A stretch of 64,000 bases of DNA from assembly GCA_021613535.1 (NCBI GenBank), contig CP075496.1, forward strand, positions 1,426,001 to 1,490,000. The letters are read 5' to 3'. Under the pieces are notes generated by a model, which saw only the letters and a program-made list of their open reading frames with translations, had not been told where the DNA came from and made no database searches. A program made the position numbers and the translations under genes. Origin of the DNA: Adineta vaga (taxonomy: Eukaryota > Animalia > Rotifera). How positions within the stretch are numbered: the stretch's first letter is position 1; each line of letters starts with the position of its first letter. Positions 25,325 through 40,545 of the stretch are shown piece by piece.

Positions 25325-25455
25325 CCCAGATCGGACAATCCAGTATGGAAACGGCCGGTTCCGGAGTTTTCATGGAAGCAGTAATCCTGTGGCAGGATCA
25401 ATCTGGTTCCAGCCGGAAAATCACAGAACACTGCTTCAGGAATCATCGTCCTGAG
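25325..25455. mobile_element. Small degenerate MITE with CCCAG(G)TCG-type ends
   Basis: GC-rich island bounded by cccagatcgg...tcgtcctgag, resembling the ends of the elements at 46884 and 47218. Confidence 0.4.
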
Positions 25456-27000
25456 CAATAATTCGTCATTTAATCAATACTTATTTCGTCTTACTTGTAT
25501 CAATTAATATTTTTCTCAATAAATTAAATAAATATTAGATACGATCCAATTGACATATAGTAAGAAAATGAATATGTATATACTCAATAATTGAACAATG
25601 ACACTTATTGTGATAGAACAAAGAACGAAATCAGCTACATATGTTAAGACGGGTATTTTAACAATCTATGTGAGCCGCTTACATGGCAACTTGTTATGAA
25701 CATACAAAAAATTGTCTTCATCTTTTTCGAAAATATTCGATACGTTTATGCAATATAGAGACAAAATGAAAACATAATTCTTTCGACTTCCGAACTCGTT
25801 TTTTTACCTATTCTTGTGCATACGATTCAATGAGTGTTTTTTTATCGAAATCAATATTATCTTTGACGATGAACTAATCCACATCGATTATTTCCACTAT
25901 CGGATCATATAAGAAAAACCAGTAGAGCTCTATAGTATCGTGGGACTGTTGTTTGTTCTGTTCAAATAAATTTTAATAAAATCTGCAGTAATTAGATTTC
26001 AGTTGACAGACTTCAGTATAATTTAATTATCAAAGTTTCTATCGTATTTTGTCCGCGAGTCGGATTGATCGAATCGATCATAGAGTTTATTAACCTAGAT
26101 GAAGCACTTAAGGTATGTCAAGTTCAGAAACAGATGATATATATCGATTTATTGATTATAATTTTCTTCAATTCATCAACAACGCAACTAAATCAAATTC
26201 ATATCAACTTGCAAAATCGATATCGATTATTTTAGATTTGTTCCAGATTAATATGGAAAAAAAAACTTTGTTGTCTAAGATTATTAGTGTTATAGAGAAG
26301 GATACATTACTGTGAGAAATCAAGACGATATTTCAAGAATTTCATATTTTGTGGACACATCGCATATTGACAGTCCAGATTGGACAAATTAAACTTGAAT
26401 GAAATAAAGAGAGCAATATGACTGATTTTGAGCCATTTTCTTTGAGTAACTATCAATTCAATATAATTTCTCCAATAAATTATATTCTATACTTTTCATT
26501 TCAAATGATCCAATTTTGACTTTCTATATATGCGATACAGCAGATGGTTGGAACAAAACTTATATCAAACAATGTGTTATTTACGACAAATTTTATCAGA
26601 TTTTTCGATTCTAGTACAGACGTACGCTCTTTCGGTATCTCTCTCTCTCTGATATATCTGTTAATACGATTTAATAGTATGTACGGTATAATTAATCACC
26701 ACTAGTACCGAGCAGTTCTGTCCATAAAAACCTTCTTTAGTAATGTTGACTCTATGTTTGGCTCAGCCTAATTCAAAGAACAATATAGTTTGTGCACTCA
26801 TAATAATCATTCGTGTACATTGCTCTTTTCTGTCTGTTTGGACGGCATACTATTCAGTTCATATATAATATGATCTACTATATTTAACCTATAATCCCAT
26901 TGGCAGTTGAGCTTGCGCTCAGCAACAATGATCGTGGACATTGCATAGAATATTCAGAGAAGAGTGAACGTCCTGTTATTGTCATCATATCAATATAGCT

Positions 27001-28867
27001 ATGAAACCAACACATTTTATGTTATTACCTGATATTGTGTTACTTGAAATCTTCACATATCTAGCTTATGATGATATTTTATATGCTTTCATCAATTTAC
27101 ACAACTCACGTCTTTCCAATTTGATTACAGAGCATGGAGCGTTTCAACAAATTTGTCTTCCACCTCTCTTGTCTCGTCATCGGTATGAGATTCTATCAAA
27201 AGACATCTGGCGCTTTGATTCGGTGCGATCGTTTGTATGCAAAGAAATGTTCTCTGACTTTATTACTCATTTCACACCGTGTCAAATCTTTCCTGTGTTG
27301 AGCGAATTACGAATACTTTCCTTCCGTTGCATAACAGATAGTGTCACAAATTTTGTTATTGCGCATTCCTCTACACTCGAAAAATTATCTATAGCACCAA
27401 GCGACCAATCATCTCTATTAGAAGATTTTCAAATATTTATATATGCTGCTTTACCTCATCTTAATCAACTCAAATTGCTCAATTTCGGTTCGATGCATGA
27501 CTTATCGGTAAAGTATATTTCTAGCGAAATGAATAGTGATATAATTGTTTATTGATAGATTCAATGGGATCGATTAACAGGTTGTTTGAAATCATTGAAA
27601 TACTTATTCATGAATGTGGAAAATCTGTATGATGTATATGTGTTAGCGGTGGATGGGTTTCTTCCCAATCTAGAGAATGTAGAGGTGCATGTGAAAAGTA
27701 CCATTTTAAAAGATGCTTTACCTGAAATTCTAGTCAACAAAAGTCTCCATATGCCAAATTTAGAAAGATTTCATTTACATCTCAGTTGGCGAGGTGTCGA
27801 AGATCTGGACAAAAAACAAGTTGTTTGGTCTAACATCGAAACATTAATATCTGATTCGGTTATGCCTCGTCTTCGACGATTTACTTTCATTTATATTTTA
27901 TCATCCAATACAGAAATTCGACATATTTTACAATCGTTTCGTCTGATGAACCAAACAAGAAATGTTCATGTACAATTTGGACTTTATATTAAAGCATCAA
28001 CTTTCATAGATGCGTCTGATATGCCTATTATATATGACAACAATATTTTTGTTCAAATTGTAAGTTATTTTCCCTTCAATATAGTGGAGAAATAAATGTC
28101 AAAGCCATAATAATTCTATTTTAGAATGACGAAATTGCCTCACCATCGTATTGCACTTGGTACACTTTGTCATGGCCAAGTTCGGTAATGTTTTGGATGA
28201 ATCGTCATGAAATCACACCACCCAGTAATGTTCGTCGATTAGGAATCAAAGCTCCAAACATTTCATTACATTCAATTCATAAATTATTCCCGAACGTCAA
28301 TCAATTAAAATGTTATTCTCGTGCATCATTATGTACTACTGACTCATTACTCCGGCCAAAACCATTACTCAATCTTCATCGTTTGGTCGTATACGAAGTC
28401 ATCCCAGGTTTAGAGCTTCTTTTTGATGGTGTTATGCTTCCTCGTTTACACTCACTTGACGGATGTCTTATACCAATATTCGTCGCTTTTGCTTCTCGAG
28501 CAAATCAAATGAATACTCTTGATACCATCAAAGAGATGACTATTACAGATCGATTCGGTGACGACGAAACGTGTTTTTCTTTTAAACAATGGTGTACAGT
28601 ACTTGATGCTGTTCCTCATTTGAGAATGCTCACTATTCAATGTTGCAATTCGAAATGTCCACTATGAAATTGTCCGATTTATTTGTTGAATATTTAAGAC
28701 GAACTGTTCGTATGCCTCTTACTTTTTTCTCGTGTTGTATTGATGACAATATCGGAAAAGAAAAGAAAGAACAATTTATTACCTATCTAGACGAGAAAAT
28801 CGAACAGATATGTTCATCTGTTCAACTTGCATCTATTAGTACGTCCAGACTTGATGCATGGATGTAA
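27001..28867 (+). CDS. F-box/LRR-like protein (3 exons) with an apparent frameshift near 28660
   Basis: F-box FMLLPDIVLLEIFTYLAYDDILYAFINL and LRR-like strands (FPVLSELRI, LPNLENVEV, MPRLRRFTF). Introns at ~27508-27558 and ~28059-28124. Overlapping ORFs 28167-28667 and 28640-28867. Confidence 0.75.
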
Positions 28868-29070
28868 CTTGTATACTTGTTTATTTCTAATAAATATGTT
28901 CAAAAGTAACTCTTCTAAAGAACGGATGATCTCAAAATCACACTCACATATTTTTTTTCATCTGTTTTCTTTTATTTCCTACACAAAACTTAGCAAAAAC
29001 AAACGGAGAACGGACAAAAAACTTCTCGATATAAGAACACGATGTCAATCATGTTTTTCAAAATTGTTTA

Positions 29071-31915
29071 TCAATCTTCAGTACTCTTTTCACTTGTGGA
29101 AGATGGACTAACAGCTTCTTTGATTTTACGTTGAATATATTTGACTCGATCATTAGGTACTTGAATTTTCATAAATTCATCATAATGAATCTACAAAACA
29201 GAACAAAAGATATGTTGAACATGTTATTTAAGTTCAAGATTAGAAACATACTGGTACACATTTATAACCAAGTGAATTTAATAATCTTAATTGTAATGCA
29301 ATTGAACCTGACACAGAATTTGTAATGAATGTTTTATCTTGATAGTCAAGACATTTCAATGCAATTCTAAATAGAAAATTTAGAACAATTATTCACTTTA
29401 GTGCAATCACTAATTAACTCACTTGTAACGATTTTCATCGATTCGCATTTTATTGAATGTTGTTTGTCCAGTCGCACTATTACTTTCTCCATTACTTAAA
29501 ACAGTAGTCAAATCTTGTGGTGTACCATTTTTATCTACCACCATCAGACAATCTAAATACATAAATTCATATATTCTTTATTACATGAGAATAGAAATGA
29601 TTAGTTAGATCAATACCAATAACAATCATATTTGATGTAACAACACTAAATTTCGAATATTTATTTTCCGAAGCAAATACTGTCACTGCTTTTGCTAATT
29701 GATCTTGAGCATTGGAATTTTTCAATGTTAATTGTTGTGCAAGTTGTTCAATGTTAAAAGTTGGTTTGAGAAATTTTTTCGAAAATTTTTGTAAACTATA
29801 TGAATAAATGGCTAATAATTTCAATGCACTTGCTATTTTTGAATTCACCACTTCATCTAAGAAAAAAAAAGATTATTAATTAAATAAAATTCATCTCGAG
29901 AATAGTTCTACTTTGTATCAGTTGAAAGATATCTTGATTGAGAACTGTTGAAACATGATTTTGATTAGCTTTATCTAAGATTGCCAATGACCAAACTAAA
30001 TCAATTCGATTCTTCGTTTCATTCAATTGATTAACTTCGTCATTAGAATTTTCATCCAGTTTTAAATGATTATCAACCAATGTTGATAAACTCGATGGAG
30101 AATAATTAACAGATGCACATGTACGAATAAATGATTGAATACAACGATCTTTCGATTCCGGATTTTCTAAGAGTAACTTTCCAAAAGCTTCAAGTAATTC
30201 ACAATGACGAATACGAAGCGTACCCATTGAAGTTATAATCGATTGAAGCTAAGAAAAAATGAAATCTATAGAGTCTCAAGAAGATGAATGTGTACACTTA
30301 CGATAAATGGATCATTGATATGATTAACTTGTTCATAAGCATCTCGAACTAAGCGTTCTAAGAATGGTTTATCATAAACATTTAACATTGCACAAGCCAA
30401 AAGAGAATCTTTTAATTTATCTAATGGAAATAGAAATGATTCACTTAATTTAAGTAAATGATAACAAGCTGCACGTATAATCGTTCGATCACGTCGTTTT
30501 AACATGGATTTATTAATTAATATTTTAAACCAATCATCAAATGTTAAATTATCACTTAGTTCTAAAATTCGTTCATCTAATCGATTAATTAATCGATCAT
30601 TAAAAGATAATTTATGTGTTAATGCAAGAATATCTCGAATATTATCAAATTCAAAATAACGACCTTCAGCTAATGCTAATAAACGATTATAAACTCGATG
30701 AATCCATTGTGCTGTATGACGTGTTGATTTCAAATCGTCCAATATTCGAACAATCTACAAACGAATTTTCTTTCATTTTTTCGAGAAAAAAAAGAAATAA
30801 ATCCTATTTACTTGATGAACACTTATTCGTCGCAATCGATTTGATAAAGCAACGGAAAATTTATCAGTAAATTCATTATCTTCTGGATAATATTTTGTTA
30901 CAAATGTAACTGCTGTAACAACTTCATTGTCACTAAATTTATTCAACTGAAAAAAGAGTCAAAGGACTAAAATGGTTATTTTTAGTTTTAAAACTTACAA
31001 AACCAAGTAAAAGTGATTCCATTCGTTGTCGAGTACTATCTAATTGTTCATAGATTTGAAGAGAATCACTATTTTCTGTTGATGCTAATTGATTTAATTT
31101 TTGTAAACCTAAGGCAAATTCCGTTGGAAGAACATATTTATCAAAGATTTTCATGAGTTCTTCCGTCGAATTGGCTTGTTCAATATTTTCTGCGAGCATT
31201 GGATTCGATGGTTGATGATCAGATTGATTCATTGGTGATGACTAAAGATAAACAAAATGGAAATGAATTCGTATTATTGTTTGAGAATGAATTTTACTTC
31301 GTGTGATTGTTTTGTTAATGATCGTTCTTTTTTTGGTTGTCGAGGTTGTTGATTCTGATTGGATTTACTGGTATAATCTTGTTTTTTATTGTTTTTTTTC
31401 GTAGAAATATATTCGGATTCATCGAATAATTTCTCAATTTCAATTGCATTTATAGATTTCTTTCGCGGTGTCGTCATTCGTTTTGATTTTGATTGAACAT
31501 TTTCATCGGATGTTTTTACTTGAGTTTGTTGTGTTGATCGTCGTCGTTGTTCTTCATTATGATAATCATCAATATCGGCAATTTCATTTCGATATCGAGT
31601 TTTTGTTGGTAAATCTGCAGTCAATCGTGATGGATCATCAAACGAGGATGAATGAAGAATATTTGGTCGACGTGGACTTGTTGGTATTAAATCTTCTTTG
31701 GAATCTTCATCGGAAAATAAATTTTTTATATTAACTTTACGGGTGCCGGAAGATGAAGGAAATCGACGAGATGGTGGTTGAACTTTCTCATTTTCATTAG
31801 TCGATTTAGTTTGAGCGACTTTGTGATTATTGGAAGCAGATCGAAGAAAAACATTTCTGATCGATGGATTCAAGGAAATAATCGTTCGACTAGATGAATT
31901 AAAGAATCGAAGCAT
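29071..31915 (-). CDS. FAST kinase-domain (FASTK/TBRG4-like) mitochondrial RNA-binding protein
   Basis: Mitochondrial-presequence-like start MLRFFNSSSRTIISL, helical repeats (DLVWSLAILD) and a C-terminal RAP-like motif GSIALQLRLLNSLGYKCVP|IHYDEF. Confidence 0.75.
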
Positions 31916-32294
31916 TTCCAAAGCAGATATTAACGTGTAGATTATCTAAAGAATGGAAAAGATTTGGAGTTGGAGCTCTCTCTCTCTGCTGATGTTATGA
32001 AGTGTATATGACTGGATGAATAGAAATCCAATGTTTGCTAATGGAAAAGAGAAATTTCATTCTATTGGTAGAAAAAATATGTAGCGCTACAGTATTACTG
32101 TTAATATACATGACAAACAATCATTGTCAATTGGCATATCGATGAATCGAAAATACAATATGATAATGCGACAGCTTGTTATTTAATTTTCTTTTTGATT
32201 TTTTAGAAATTTGAATAAATACAACGGCTGATGCGTTTGACAATATTATTACTCGAAAATTTTCTTCTTTCATTATAGATATCACAATTAAACG

Positions 32295-35042
32295 ATGACG
32301 AACGAACACGTCGTCGATGAATCTCTTCCATCTGTAGATAATACTGAAGAAAAACAAGGCATTTGGTAAATTAAAATATTTACTTTTCAAATTTATAATT
32401 TCATTTTCATAGGGCGTCGATATTACGTGATGTAAAAGCATCGACAAAAAAAGCACCTGCTACAAAATCACTTGTCGTTCTTGGCGATAATGAAAGTGGT
32501 CGAACAACATTAATAGCAAAATTACAAGGCGATGATGATCCTAAACGTGGTGCCGGTCTTGAATATCATTATATTGATGTTAAAGATGACGATCGAGATG
32601 GTATTTTTCATTTGAGAAAGAGAAAACACGTATAAGTTTAATACAATTTGTTTTTCTTCAATAGATACTCCAAAATTGGGTGTATGGATTCTTGATGGTG
32701 ATGTGACGTGTGCATCTCCTTTACTCAAATATGCAATTAAACCAGATACAATTGAAAATACAATACTTATTCTTGTTGCTAGTATGACTCAACCATGGTC
32801 ATTATTATCGACATTAAACAAATGGATTACATTGATTGAAGAACATATCGATCGATTAAAAATTGATCCAATACGTTTACGTGATATGCGTGATCATTTA
32901 CAATACGATTTTCAGCATTATATCGAACCGAATGAGTCATCATTGATGATGATGTCATCATCGTCATCATCGACAACAATTAAAAATGGAACGACGAATA
33001 ATCGAATTCCAAATTCACTTTCATCTGTTTCAGTTGCATCAACAACAACACCAGCAAGTCTAAATAATACAGACGAACAAGTTGTTTTACCACTTGGAGA
33101 AGGTGTTCTAACAAAATCACTTGGAATTCCAGTTATTGTTGTTATCACAAAAGTATATTTGAATCTAAAAGAAATTCTTTCATTTTTCGATTACATTTAG
33201 TGTGATACAATGTCAACATTGGAAAAAGATAATGATTATAAAGATGAACAGTTTGATTTTATGCAATATCACTTAAGAAAATTTTGTTTAGAATGTAAGA
33301 AATCTTTGGGTTTTTTTTCGAACGAAACTTTTTGTTTTTTATTTCTCAGATGGTGCTGCCTTGTTTTATACATCTGTGAAGGAGAAGAAGAATATTGATA
33401 AATTATATCGATATATTTTACATAAATGTTATGGTTATTTATTTCCATCATCAGCTGCTATTGTTGAGCGAGATGCAATTTTTATTCCAGCTGGCTGGGA
33501 TAATACAAAAAAAGCAGAGATCCTATTAGAAAATCTTCATCGATTGAAGCCAACCGATCATTATTCAGATGTTTTTGTTAAACCTGTTGTTCGACGAGTA
33601 TAAGAATTCATATTCTTTATCATCAATCGAAATGAACTCATGTATATTCTTCTATTCATAGCCATTACAACGTGATAATGAAGTTGTTACTGCAGAAGAT
33701 GATCAAGAATTTTTAGCTCGTCTTCAGCTAACACTCAATCGTGCTTCATCGCCGGGACGATCGGTAAGAATATTTACATATATGATATGTTGTTACTTTG
33801 TCATCATCTGTAGGAGGAAACTTCATCACCTCTTTTAACACGAAATTCAATGACATCAGGTGCCAATAGTGGTATTGGTATGCAAACACCTTCTATGCCT
33901 GGTCGACCACGAAATCCAACGGTAGAATGAAATGATAAAGATGATTTAATGAAAACTTTGAATACAATTTATTTTCAGAGTGGTTCAGTTAGCAGTAGTG
34001 GTGGTGGTGGTGGTGGTAGTGGTAGTGGTAGTGCAGCAGCAAATGAAGGTGCCTTAGCCACATTTTTCAATAATCTTCTCACAAGAAAAGCCGGTGGTCC
34101 AGCAACTCCGACAACTACTGTTTCATCAACTCCTCCTCCACCACGGCAAAGTAAGCAATTTGCTCTTCCTCCTCGACCAAATGTGACTAGAAATCGACTA
34201 ATTTAAAATATCATATACACATCTATCTAAAACACAACTAATCAAAAGAATTACTGAATTAAATCAGGTTTATTATATTACCCTCGCTATATCCAATTAC
34301 ATTTGCTATTATTTCATCAATGGATTACGCAAGAACATTTACACCATATATATATATCCCTATCATATCTGCGCATGAAGCAAAAATATTGTTAATTGAG
34401 AGGTATATTCTAAATAATCGAACAAGAATATTACAATTGCATAGTTCAATAATAATGGATTCAACAATCATGTTTCCTTCTTCTTCTTTTTTGATTATGT
34501 AATTTAATAGTAATATGTCAATGGTGAATGATCTTTTCTACTAAGAATGGCATCATAGGATTTATTGAAAAGAAGAAAATTACAATGTTTTTTTTATTTT
34601 TCGTTGTTACGAACTGTATTATGAGATTTCAAATAATCAAAATCGTAGGATTTCTTTCTTTACAAACAAAGTAATCAAGATTATCTTATTATATTATGCA
34701 AGACGTCGACAATCACAATTATCTTCATGAGCCACATGAACTATTTTCTTTATAAACCAACACTTTATCGTATGCAAGCAGAGAAGAACTCTTTCTCAGC
34801 TAGGTTATTTCACAATTTCCTTTTTTCCTCCCTATATTATAATTTTTGGGATAAATGATGCTTCATTTCAATCGTAAATATACATTGATAAACTTCATTT
34901 TCTTTTCTTCTATTTTAGACACCGACAATAGTGTTGTTGACTCAACTAACCAAAGTAAATTTCAAAAATGTATTTATATTCTAATCTCTTTATATATACG
35001 TTTTTCTTTTTAGATTCTCAGAAACAACAGGAGCAATCTTAA
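32295..35042 (+). CDS. DYNC1LI: Cytoplasmic dynein 1 light intermediate chain
   Basis: GIW|[27 protein letters not shown]...[25 protein letters not shown]|[19 protein letters not shown] and [13 protein letters not shown]. Alternative stop at 34206. Confidence 0.93.
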
Positions 35043-35223
35043 CCATAACTCAATCTTCGTTTTTAATTATTTGTCTCATTTGTTCTTATAAAAAAAATAA
35101 AATACGCTATAGATATGATGCATAATTCATGTAAACCATTCAATTTATTTCTCTTTTTTATTCAATCAATCTTAAAAACAAGCATGAAAAGATTTTGATG
35201 TTGTTTATATTTTCAGCATTGTT

Positions 35224-35355
35224 TTATTTCGATCGTTCACGCATACGTCTTCGTTTACGTTTGAGTCGTCGCATACGTTTCTTACGCCACTAAAAACAAC
35301 ACAAATATTCATCATAATTATTCAAATTAAATATCAAACTTACCTTTGCTCTCAT
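35224..35355 (-). CDS. RPL41: 60S ribosomal protein L41 (eL41), 25 aa, two coding exons
   Basis: MRAK|WRKKRMRRLKRKRRRMRERSK*, with a GT-AG intron at 35343-35290. Absent from the ORF track. Confidence 0.95.
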
Positions 35356-35889
35356 AATTAATCAGTAAAATCAAAACGAGAATATCTTTTTCTTCCAATC
35401 AGATAATCTAGAAGGCACTACAAATTCATTCCTGGACAAACAAATATATAATTCAATTGTATTTCAAGAAACTATTAGAAAAAAAAAGTTGAACATAATA
35501 ACATAACAAAAAAAGAAAAAAAAAGAAATGAGAATCCTTTGTACAAGTTGAAGAAACAAAATGAATATCGTCTTCGTACCTGATGTGTTTGAGAAAATCT
35601 TCCTGAAATTGATTGAATGTACATATAAATACGAACAGAACTATCGATCGAAATATACAATGTAAAAGACTAACAACAGATTATATGACTGTATATATAT
35701 ATATATGTATTTGAAAAAGAAAATGAGATAGTGTAACATCCGACTAATTTTGAGAAGAAATGAATTTAGTTAATCTGATCGGTGCCAACTAGTAGTATGT
35801 CTGACTTAAGAGGAATGTGAAAACTGAAGAGATATACAGTAATAGATAAGAAGGAAGAAGATAATCTTAATGAAAAAATGTACTACTGT

Positions 35890-36056
35890 TCTAACAAGAA
35901 GAGAAAAAAAAACAAACAAACAGATTGAGAAAGATTATAAACGATGAGCAATTTTATTTTTATTCTGTTGTTGACGTATCTGTTGTTTATCTGACGAAGT
36001 AGCTCCACGAACAAACACTTTGGGTTGTGTTTTGGTGGTTGCTGTTGTGATTGTGG

Positions 36057-36096
<40 letters not shown>

Positions 36097-39000
36097 AATG
36101 AAGTAAGTTCACTACCAGCAGTTAATGGTGCTGATGATGTAGAAGGAAGTTGACGTGAAGAATTTTGACCATTGTGTGGTCGTGGACCATGAGACTAAAT
36201 AACAAGAATCAATCAATGAAATAATGAATTTTGCATCATCAGATGACATACTCCACGTTTTAATGAAAGAGTTCGAGCAGGTTTAAAACGTGGATTGGAT
36301 GAAGGCGTATGTACAGAACAAATTTTGACAAAAATACTCATAAAACCAATCAGACCCAAAACACCTAAGACGAATGCCCACCAATATTCCTGGAAAAAAA
36401 TAAACCATCATTTCTCTTATACAAATTCAATTAGAATTCAAAAAACAAACCTGAATAAGTTGAGTGAGTGTTCGAATATTTTCTTCATTCAATAACATAT
36501 TTTTCAAGCGAGTGAGTGGACCTTCGGCATCGACGGCACGGCATTTACCAAATACATCACAATACCCAGCTGTACCAGCGCAGGCATGGCCTAAAACAAC
36601 CAGAAGATATAAACTCAGAAGAACAGACTAGTGTTAAACTAATATACCTGGTCGATGTTTATAACCAAAACCACTTTTACTGTGATTATTTGGCATACGA
36701 AGAGTCAATGTATCCACACAGGAATTTGTTCGAGCTAAAGATCAATTCAATTTTACTTGTTTAATTCAAAAACTTCTCTTACTTTCATAACAACCAATAT
36801 GACATAGATATTCTCGATCCACACCACGTTGTCTTAATGGATCTTCCATATTCGGTATTGTTAATGTACATTCAGATTTACTAATTAATGTACAAATACT
36901 TTTATTACATTCCTAAAAACAAAAATCGAATATTGAACTAGAATACAAGAATAGTTCAGTGATTGTACCCCTCGATCACATAATTGTGTGAAAAGATTGC
37001 ATGGTGTATCATTTGGTTTAAAGAATTGAGTGTCATTAAGAGGGCATGTTGCTTGAACACCACTAGACAGAAAGTATTTAAATGAAATAAGAATCTCGAA
37101 TTTACATTGTAACTTACTCGCATCGAACATCTCCGATACAATCTTGGCTAGCTTTATCTTTATGACATATATGAGTCGAAGATTGAAATGTACATTGATC
37201 TGAACAACATGGACCTTTCGAGGGACTAAATATTGGACAAAAACATTTAAAAAGAAAACAGAAAATAGTTTTGTATGATCTATACCTGCAACGAGCACCT
37301 GGTTTTAATTTACAACCTAATTTAGCATCCGGACCTCCCGCTGGATAACAACAATCATCTGTACATTCGGATATAAATCCACAATCACATTCTTCATCAT
37401 CTTCAACATTTCTATTTCCACAATAACCAACTTGTGAGCATTCTATTTGAAATCAAAAAGAAAACAAATAATATTTCAATTCTAAATGATTTTTTTTCTC
37501 TCCATTTCATACCAGTTAAACAATTCACTTTGCCCAAAAGTTGATTTTTAACTGATATAACAACTGGTCCCATCTTATCCATACTACAATTGGAAAATTT
37601 ATTATTATTTTCTTCAAGACCGGTTGTTGCTCGTCGATACATTATGTAATGACCATATGTTCCATCTCCACCACATTTTTCATCATCATGCTAGACGAAA
37701 CAAATATCCGATTAACTTTGTCTACGAAAAAACAACACACATGCTGTTATCTATACAAACCTCAGCACCAAGATTATGTCCAACTTCATGAGCAAAGGTT
37801 AGTTCTGTCATCAATGATGATGTCCGAGTATTATGATTGATAACTGTTATCATTCCTGTATTCAATGTTTTCATCACTCGTTGCCCTTCATAGATATCTT
37901 TTGCTGGTTTTTCACAAATACCACCACGGCTATCTAAATTGAGAAGATTACTAAATAGTTTTCAAAAGTTTACTTTCATCAGACATACTTGATGCAACAC
38001 TTCCCATCCATGCTAAACCTAATGTTCCATCACCAAAATCTCGTGCAGCAAAGATATATGCAAGACAATAATCAGCAAAATTTTCAGCTGAATGCCATGT
38101 TAACAAAACATTTGAATCAAGAAATGAACGACATATATTTGTTTCACTTAAACTGAGATTTTTATGTCCACAATCATCCGATGTTAAAATCTAAATTAAT
38201 AAAAAATGTTCTAGATAGAGAAGATAAGAGAACCTTGGATTCCTTTTGACTTTAACCTTCCGGGAGATGATATTCCCAATACATACTGTTAATGAATAGA
38301 ATCAATGTAAGAGAAAGATCATAATTCAATTAATTACTCATGCATTTCCCTCGACAGATCAACTTATAATGAAATGATTATAATTTAAAGAATAAACTCT
38401 AACTCTAACACAGTATTGTCTAATTTAAGAATGTTTACAACCTATTGGCATTCTCGTGATGTATGTTTACTTAATTAATTCACTAAACATAATTCTGCTC
38501 AATCTAGGGAATAATTTAATTATTCATCTCGCTGAACAGCATTTTGATCCATAACTGATATGTCCAAGGTCTTCATACAACATTTAACTCAAAACAAACA
38601 ACATACTCGAATTCGTTTTATTCGTAATGTAAATCGATATAAAACATCTCCATTTGATTCAAATCTTAGTGTGCGATAAATAGCATTTGCTGCTGTCACT
38701 GTTCGATAAAGGAATGTAACAATCGCATGAATAGTTGGTTCTTTTTCCTATGTACAAAAAGCGAATAATAGAAGATCTTTATAGAAAGAACAAGTGATCC
38801 TTACATTAAGACCTTCATTTTTGTACACAACATCCCATAGTGTTGGATCCACACGTATATAAATATAACAACAAGTTCTTTCACGTTCGTTTTTATTCGT
38901 TGTTGTTTGTCGTTTTGATCTTGTATATCGAGATTTAAAATCAAAATCTTCATCATCATGTTTTTCTAATCGTTCAGTTTCTTCTTTCATTTTCTTTCGT

Positions 39001-39774
39001 TTTTCACTTTTATCAAGTCCACAAAATGATGACGATGATTCTTCTTCTTCATTAACCACAAATCGTTTCGATCGAAATGGATTATTACTATTATATTTTG
39101 TCATATCTACATCCAATGCATTATAAATAATCGATGGTCCAGCATGTAATAATTTATCTCCATATTTACGAGTTGGTTCAATATGCCAAGTTTCATTTGA
39201 TGTTTTAATTGTTCCATCAAACCAATTCGAATAAAATCCACCACTAACATAAGATTGATCGGGATTATCTAATTGAATTCAAAAAGAAGAGAATAAGTAT
39301 GTTGTGCATGGAAATCATTTACCTAAGATAAAACCATCGTAGAGAATAGAAGAATCTATAGGGATATAATTCGATGATTCAAGATGAAGATCTGCATCAG
39401 TTGCAAAGAATTCATTGGTATTTTTTAAAACCAATGTAATATTTCTAGAAAGAATGAAAACGAAAGTGAATGGATCCTATTTCAAAAGGTTTGTTCTTAC
39501 TTATGATCAAGTTCTAATGTAAGAATACGATCGGGATTACTTTCGATAATTGAACGTTTTCGTCGATGATGTGTCGTCGTTGTTTCATCATGAATTGCAC
39601 GAATAAACTGATAACGATTAATACCATAGGAAGAAAGATGATCAGCATTAACTAGAATAACGAATTGTAAGTCAAAAATGAAATCTTTTTTTATGAAAGA
39701 CAATTACCAAATAGAACATATTGACATGGCCAGAAGATTGGCAAGAAAAACAGAAGAATGAGCGACCACGTCAT
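35890..39774 (-). CDS. ADAM10: ADAM10/Kuzbanian metalloprotease-disintegrin (multi-exon; 3' end approximate)
   Basis: Signal peptide MTWSLILLFFLP, furin sites (RRKR, RSKR), RDFGDGTLGLAW, zinc motif HEVGHNLGAE|HD, YIMYRRATTG...NNNKFSNCS, disintegrin EECDCG, GYCDVFGKCRAVDAEGPL, a TM segment and VHTPSSNP. Confidence 0.93.
36056..36096. repeat. (TTG)n microsatellite, polyQ in the ADAM10 cytoplasmic tail
   Basis: About 13 TTG copies, reading CAA in the phase-0 exon on the minus strand. Confidence 0.85.
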
Positions 39775-40545
39775 TCATTCAGCCGTTATTCTTTTAATAT
39801 CTAGAACAAATCATTACAATACTCTATGAAGACCTTGAAACAGTAGAATAATTCATTCATTTGAACTATATGATTAAATGGAGAGTATTATTGTAGAACT
39901 CAATGAACTATTTATAGAAAAAGTAATGACGTGTCGAACCTCGATGATATCTTCCATTACCAAACCGCAAACAGACATAATTCACATTATTCTCGATTTC
40001 AAGGCACAAACGGTTAACCCAGCTGATGAGAATAGAATAGAAAAAGAAAGAAACAACCAACAAGGCAAGTAAGGAAGCAAAAAAGTCTCATTTCTCTTCA
40101 ACCAATAAGAATTTTTCAATTGACAAAAAACGCATTTCTTCCAGATAAAAATTACTCGTATTATGTTTTTTAAATAGTTTTTCTTTTAAAATAAAAAAAA
40201 CATCCGTCTGATTATTCTTTGTTCATCGTTTCGAACGCCATCTATATGAACCAACATCGACATCAGAAATGCAATTGAGTACATTTTTATATTCATCGTC
40301 TATTTTTCTCGATCACCTTTTCAAATTTACATTTTATTCGTATTAAAAACACTAACGAATTTCTTGATGATGACGACAACCATTCTACTAGCGTGCATCA
40401 CTATTAGACGAAATCATTATCGAATCTAAAGAAACTCTTAACCTTCTTCTCTTCTTCGTCATACTTATTTACCTCTTTCATTTTATTCATTATGTTGTTT
40501 TGTTTTCTATTTGCGATTGCGATAATATAATTAACGAATTTTTAG

